Shown here: positions 60,184 through 64,000 of the stretch, piece by piece
Layout: each line of letters starts with the position of its first letter
Position numbering within the stretch: the first letter of the stretch is position 1
Assembly: GCA_041690135.1 (NCBI GenBank)
Contig: JAWLHY010000019.1
Location: 32,001 to 96,000 of the forward strand
Length of the DNA: 64,000 nucleotides
From: Armatimonadota bacterium
GTDB taxonomy: Bacteria > Armatimonadota > SYMT01
Direction of reading: 5' to 3'
Made by a program: the position numbers and the translations under genes
The notes under the pieces: model-generated
The model's input: the letters and a program-made list of their open reading frames with translations, nothing else
Databases searched by the model: none
Told to the model about the DNA's origin: nothing

Positions 60184-60663
60184 TTGGACTTCCGGCACAG
60201 AGCGGCTCTTTTCCCGGAGACGCGGCAAACAACAACAAAGCAAAGGGGTCGGGGTTTCACCCTGATCGAGCTCCTGGTGGTGATGGCCATCCTGGGTGTC
60301 CTGGCGGCGGTGATCGTGCCGCGCGTCGTGGGGCGTTCGGAGGACGCCCGGCGCGCGCGGGCCGTGTCCGATATCGAAGCCCTGGGGACCGCCCTGGACA
60401 TGTACGCGGCGGACAGCGGACGGTATCCGACCACGGAGCAGGGACTGGAAGCGCTGCGCGATCGCCCGACGACCCCGCCCCTACCCCGTGCCTGGTCCGG
60501 TCCTTATCTGAAGAAGGCGATTCCAGCGGATCCCTGGGGCAGTTCCTATCTTTACACCAGCCCGGGCGAGAATAATCCGGAAACCTACGACCTTTACTCC
60601 CTGGGGGCCGATGGACGTCCAGGTGGCAACGGGAACGATATGGACATTACGAATTGGGAATAG
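60184..60663 (+). CDS. gspG: Major pseudopilin
   Basis: [37 protein letters not shown]. Confidence 0.95.
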   Translation: MDFRHRAALFPETRQTTTKQRGRGFTLIELLVVMAILGVLAAVIVPRVVGRSEDARRARAVSDIEALGTALDMYAADSGRYPTTEQGLEALRDRPTTPPLPRAWSGPYLKKAIPADPWGSSYLYTSPGENNPETYDLYSLGADGRPGGNGNDMDITNWE

Positions 60664-60670
60664 GCAAGCG

Positions 60671-60718
60671 GGTTGAAAGTTGGAAGGTTGAAGGTTGAAA
60701 GTTGGAAGGTTGAAGGTT
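60671..60718. repeat. 22-bp tandem duplication built from 7/8-mers
   Basis: GGTTGAAAGTTGGAAGGTTGAA x2; reverse complement resembles the 22182-22221 array. Confidence 0.8.
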
Positions 60719-60741
60719 AGTGCGGTTGTGGGTGCCAGGAG

Positions 60742-61341
60742 TTGAAGACTGTGCGGTATTCTGGCGTTCAGGCGTTCAGGCATTCGGGGGATAGGAACCT
60801 CTGCCCTCCGGCGGCTTGGGAGGCGGAGGCCAGGTCTGCCTGGAACCGGCGAGGGTTCACGCTGGTAGAGCTGATTATCGTGCTGGGGATCCTGCTGATG
60901 GCGGCCTCGGCGGCGGTACCGGCGTTCTTGCGCTTCCAGCAGGGGGCGCAGATCCAACTCGCGGCTCGGCGTACGATGGCCCTCGCCGCGGAAGCACGCG
61001 GCCTGGCCATCACGCGGGATACGGGGGTCACTCTTACTTACGACCGGAGCGCTCACGGACTGCGGATGACGGTCGATCCGCCGGACCTCGACACTGAGAA
61101 TGCCGCGGCGCCCGGTGCGATGCCGGCGGGGGAAAGCCTCACCGGAGACCGCCGACTGCTGGAGTACCCCCTGGACGTGGCGGTGGAGATCGTGCAGCCG
61201 GACCCGTCGCTCCCGGGCGAGCTGCGGTTTCGGCCGGACGGGAAGGCCAGCGAAGCGACGCTGAGCCTTTCGCGCGAAGGGTTCGAAGGCGTGACCCTGG
61301 GCCTGAACCCCCGGACCGGTAGGTTCCACGTGCTGCCATGA
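60742..61341 (+). CDS. gspH: Minor pseudopilin GspH-like (start uncertain)
   Basis: RRGFTLVELIIV; LRFRPDG. Confidence 0.8.
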   Translation: MKTVRYSGVQAFRHSGDRNLCPPAAWEAEARSAWNRRGFTLVELIIVLGILLMAASAAVPAFLRFQQGAQIQLAARRTMALAAEARGLAITRDTGVTLTYDRSAHGLRMTVDPPDLDTENAAAPGAMPAGESLTGDRRLLEYPLDVAVEIVQPDPSLPGELRFRPDGKASEATLSLSREGFEGVTLGLNPRTGRFHVLP

Positions 61342-61697
61342 AGAGGAAGCGCGGGTTTTCGTTGGTGGAGACGATCGTCGCGGTGGCGTTACTCGGCGTG
61401 GGCATCTCGGCCTGCGTGGCCTGCATGGGCTCTGCGACCCGAGCTTCCGCGCGCGCGGAGGAGTACACCGCCGTTCAACTGTTGGCTCGTGAGAAGCTGG
61501 CGGAGTTGGAGCTAGCTTCTCCGCAGGAGGGGCAGGAGACGGGAGACTTCGGCGAGGAGCGGCCGGGTTATTACTGGCGGACGACGACAGCTCCCACCGA
61601 CACCCCAGACCTGCACCAGGTCCGCCTGGAGATCGTGTGGGGCGATCCGGAGCACCCACGCACGGCCGAGTTCGTGACGATGATGCGGGGGGACTAG
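61338..61697 (+). CDS. gspI: Minor pseudopilin GspI-like
   Basis: RGFSLVETIVAV; LAREKLAEL; GYYWR. Confidence 0.82.
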   Translation: MKRKRGFSLVETIVAVALLGVGISACVACMGSATRASARAEEYTAVQLLAREKLAELELASPQEGQETGDFGEERPGYYWRTTTAPTDTPDLHQVRLEIVWGDPEHPRTAEFVTMMRGD

Positions 61698-61866
61698 GCG
61701 TTTGGGCCGGAGGGAGCGCGGACGTCCCGTCCGCCAGTGTTCAGGTAGTCAGGTGTTCAGGCACCTGGGCAGTGGGGCGTTGGGCGTTAGGGCACTCCGG
61801 TAGAGTTGGCGGCCTAGGCGTGGGCTGGAGTGGCCAAGGGGGATCGGGGAGATGGAGCGGTAGGGA

Positions 61867-62661
61867 ATGGGTGGACGTTGGGTTGAGAGCGCTGGACGGC
61901 GGGGTCGGTGCAGGGGCCGGCGGGGGTTTACCCTGCTGGAGGCGCTCGTGGCGCTGGTGCTCGGGGGCATCGTGATGGCGGGTATTGCCATGGCACTCCG
62001 GACCGGTCTGGATGCTCAGGAGCGGATCCAGGACCGCAGCGACCGGCACGCGGAAGCGCGTGCCGTGGCCGACGTGCTTACCACCGACCTTTCCTCCGCG
62101 TTTCTCTCCCGGCAGAACACCGAGCAAACCCACTTTACTGCCAGTCCGTCGGAGGCAAGTCCGCCCGGAGAGCCGTTCTTGAGCTTCACGACCCTGAGTT
62201 ATCGCCGCGGACGACCGCTGCCGGATACCGATTCATCTCCGCGCTCGGATGCGGTTCAGGTGGATTACCTGCTCCAGCCGCATCCCGCGGGCGAACCGGA
62301 TCGCGTGGCCCTGGTGCGCCGAGAGCGGTGGCTCACCGAGACCGGTCCTGGAGTGATGGAGATCCTTTCGACGGATCTGGTTGGTCTCCGGCTAGGCTAT
62401 TCGGATGGCACGGGCTTTCAGGAGGAGTGGAGCGCGGACGCGGAGACCAATCCTGCCCTCACCAGCTACGAGGATGAGGGAGTGCCGCCTGCTCCTGCAG
62501 AAAGAGAGCTTCCGCGGGCCGTACAAGTAACGCTTCTACTTCCGCCAACGTCAGGTATCGGTGAAGAACAGAGCCCCCGTGCCTACCAGACCGTGATCCT
62601 GGTCCACGCCGATGGCACGGCACCTTTCGAGACCCAGCTGGTCCCGCGCCCGGCCCAATAG
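61867..62661 (+). CDS. gspJ: Minor pseudopilin GspJ-like
   Basis: RGFTLLEALVAL; VDYLL; LVRRE; ELPRAVQVTL. Confidence 0.82.
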   Translation: MGGRWVESAGRRGRCRGRRGFTLLEALVALVLGGIVMAGIAMALRTGLDAQERIQDRSDRHAEARAVADVLTTDLSSAFLSRQNTEQTHFTASPSEASPPGEPFLSFTTLSYRRGRPLPDTDSSPRSDAVQVDYLLQPHPAGEPDRVALVRRERWLTETGPGVMEILSTDLVGLRLGYSDGTGFQEEWSADAETNPALTSYEDEGVPPAPAERELPRAVQVTLLLPPTSGIGEEQSPRAYQTVILVHADGTAPFETQLVPRPAQ

Positions 62662-62693
62662 GTCGCCGGAGTTGGAGTGAACGGCAGCGAGCA

Positions 62694-64000
62694 ATGAGGC
62701 TCCCGATCAGCAGCCAAAAACGAACAAGCAGACTCCGGCGTGGTCGGCGGGGCCAGGCACTGATCGCGGCCATCCTGGCGCTGACAGTGCTCACGGCTGG
62801 CGCAATTGCGCTTTCCGCCCAGGCGCGCCTGGAACTGCGGGCCGCACGCCGCGGCGTGGACCAACTCCGGCGCGAAGCCGCCCTGAAGGGGGCCATCAAC
62901 CGCGGCATTGCCCTGCTGGAACAGGGACGCACCGATCCGGAAAGACTGCTGACCGAGCTCCGGTCCCATACCGAGCTGCGCTGGGAGCCGATGACGCAAG
63001 GTACGGAAGCTGGCGGCACGCCGATGCTGGTCGCGCTGCAACTGGTGGACGCCTCCTCACGCTTGAGCCTGCAGGGGGTAACGTCGGACCAGCTTCAGAA
63101 GCTGCCGGACCTGGACCGCGAAACCGCACAGGCGATCCTGAAGTGGCGAGACACCGACGAGGGCGCGGACGACGGAGATTATGCCGGGCGGCCGCGTCCC
63201 TACGAGCCGAAGGACCGACCTTTCGACACCCTGGAGGAACTGTTGCTGGTGGAAGGGGTGGACCTGCCGCAGTTCTTCGGTAGCTCCACCTTGCGCGAGA
63301 CCCGGGAGTTGAAGGCGCCTCCCCTCTCCGAGTTCCTCACCGTGATTTCCGGCGAGAACAATATCGACGGCTTTGGTAACGCCCGCGCCAATGTGAACAC
63401 CGCGGGTGAGGCGGAGTTGCTGGAAGCGGCCAACCGGGAGGGGCAGTTCGTTACGCCGGAGCAGGTGCGCCGGATCGTGGCCCGGCAGGAGCAGCACCGC
63501 GCCCAGATCGCCGGCGGGATGTCGCCGGGCCAGAGTGAAAACCCATTCCGCACCGCCCTGGATGCGATCCGGGAAAGCGGCGCGGGCTTTGAGTACTACG
63601 GGGTGCTCCTCGATGCCTGGACCGCGGACACGCGAGCGTTCCTGCCCAACCGGATCAACGTCAATACCGCACCCGAGGCGGTGCTGGAAGTTGTTCCGGG
63701 CCTTACCGGTGAGATGCGAAACGAGTTGCTGCGGTTACGGCGGGAACGTCCGGAGGGACTGTCCTGGACCGAAGTCCTCCAGGCCCTGGGAGTACAGCAG
63801 CAGGGGCAACAGAACCGGCCGACTGACGGCGGCGAGGGCGGCGAGGGCACGCCCTCTGAAGGACAGCCGGGCGGTCAGCAGGACCCGGGCGCGCAGGTGC
63901 TGGAGCACCTGACCACACGTTCCGCGGTCTACCTGGTCCGCTGTCTGGTGCGTGAGGGGGCATCGCAGCGGATAGACGCCGCCGCTGCCCTGGTTTACTG
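62694..64000 (+). CDS. gspK: Minor pseudopilin GspK-like; runs off the window
   Basis: Manual translation: MRLPISSQKRTSRLRRGRRGQALIAAILAL...AILKWRD...PFDTLEELLLVEG...RINVNTAP. Confidence 0.82.
   Translation, partial: MRLPISSQKRTSRLRRGRRGQALIAAILALTVLTAGAIALSAQARLELRAARRGVDQLRREAALKGAINRGIALLEQGRTDPERLLTELRSHTELRWEPMTQGTEAGGTPMLVALQLVDASSRLSLQGVTSDQLQKLPDLDRETAQAILKWRDTDEGADDGDYAGRPRPYEPKDRPFDTLEELLLVEGVDLPQFFGSSTLRETRELKAPPLSEFLTVISGENNIDGFGNARANVNTAGEAELLEAANREGQFVTPEQVRRIVARQEQHRAQIAGGMSPGQSENPFRTALDAIRESGAGFEYYGVLLDAWTADTRAFLPNRINVNTAPEAVLEVVPGLTGEMRNELLRLRRERPEGLSWTEVLQALGVQQQGQQNRPTDGGEGGEGTPSEGQPGGQQDPGAQVLEHLTTRSAVYLVRCLVREGASQRIDAAAALVY

Noticed and set aside
1-64000. tRNA or rRNA genes
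   Set aside because: No cloverleaf with a T-loop/CCA pattern or rRNA-like conserved sequence was recognised by eye.

Overview
GC-rich bacterial chromosome segment, probably Armatimonadota (inferred from the tandem prepilin/H-X9-DG DUF1559-type genes). Housekeeping genes include an E2 dihydrolipoamide acyltransferase (partial), glnD, ftsH, hemB, a hemD-hemE fusion, rhaB, tilS, hppA, hom and purC. There is also a MacAB/LolCDE-like ABC exporter and the start of a type II secretion/pseudopilin operon (gspE-F-G-H-I-J-K). Main observations: (1) an 11-gene phosphonate/phosphonolipid operon whose PepM carries a non-canonical EDNIFPKRCS motif; (2) inside it, a 525-bp GxxExxY nuclease cassette with 31-bp terminal inverted repeats and a 4-bp direct repeat, fused in frame to an inositol monophosphatase; (3) two probable selenoproteins with in-frame UGA plus a SECIS-like hairpin, which the ORF track splits; (4) a 73-aa protein ending in Gly-Gly paired with a membrane-anchored Cys protein, next to a candidate ~200-nt structured RNA; (5) an ECF sigma factor whose AAC-N16/17-CGT promoter motif recurs upstream of the gsp operon and two other genes; (6) a degenerate ApgM-like pseudoenzyme; (7) an ISKra4 element inserted in an IS5 remnant beside an AT-richer island, plus REP-like palindromes and short 6-9-mer arrays. 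All calls come from motif recognition by eye; no searches were run.
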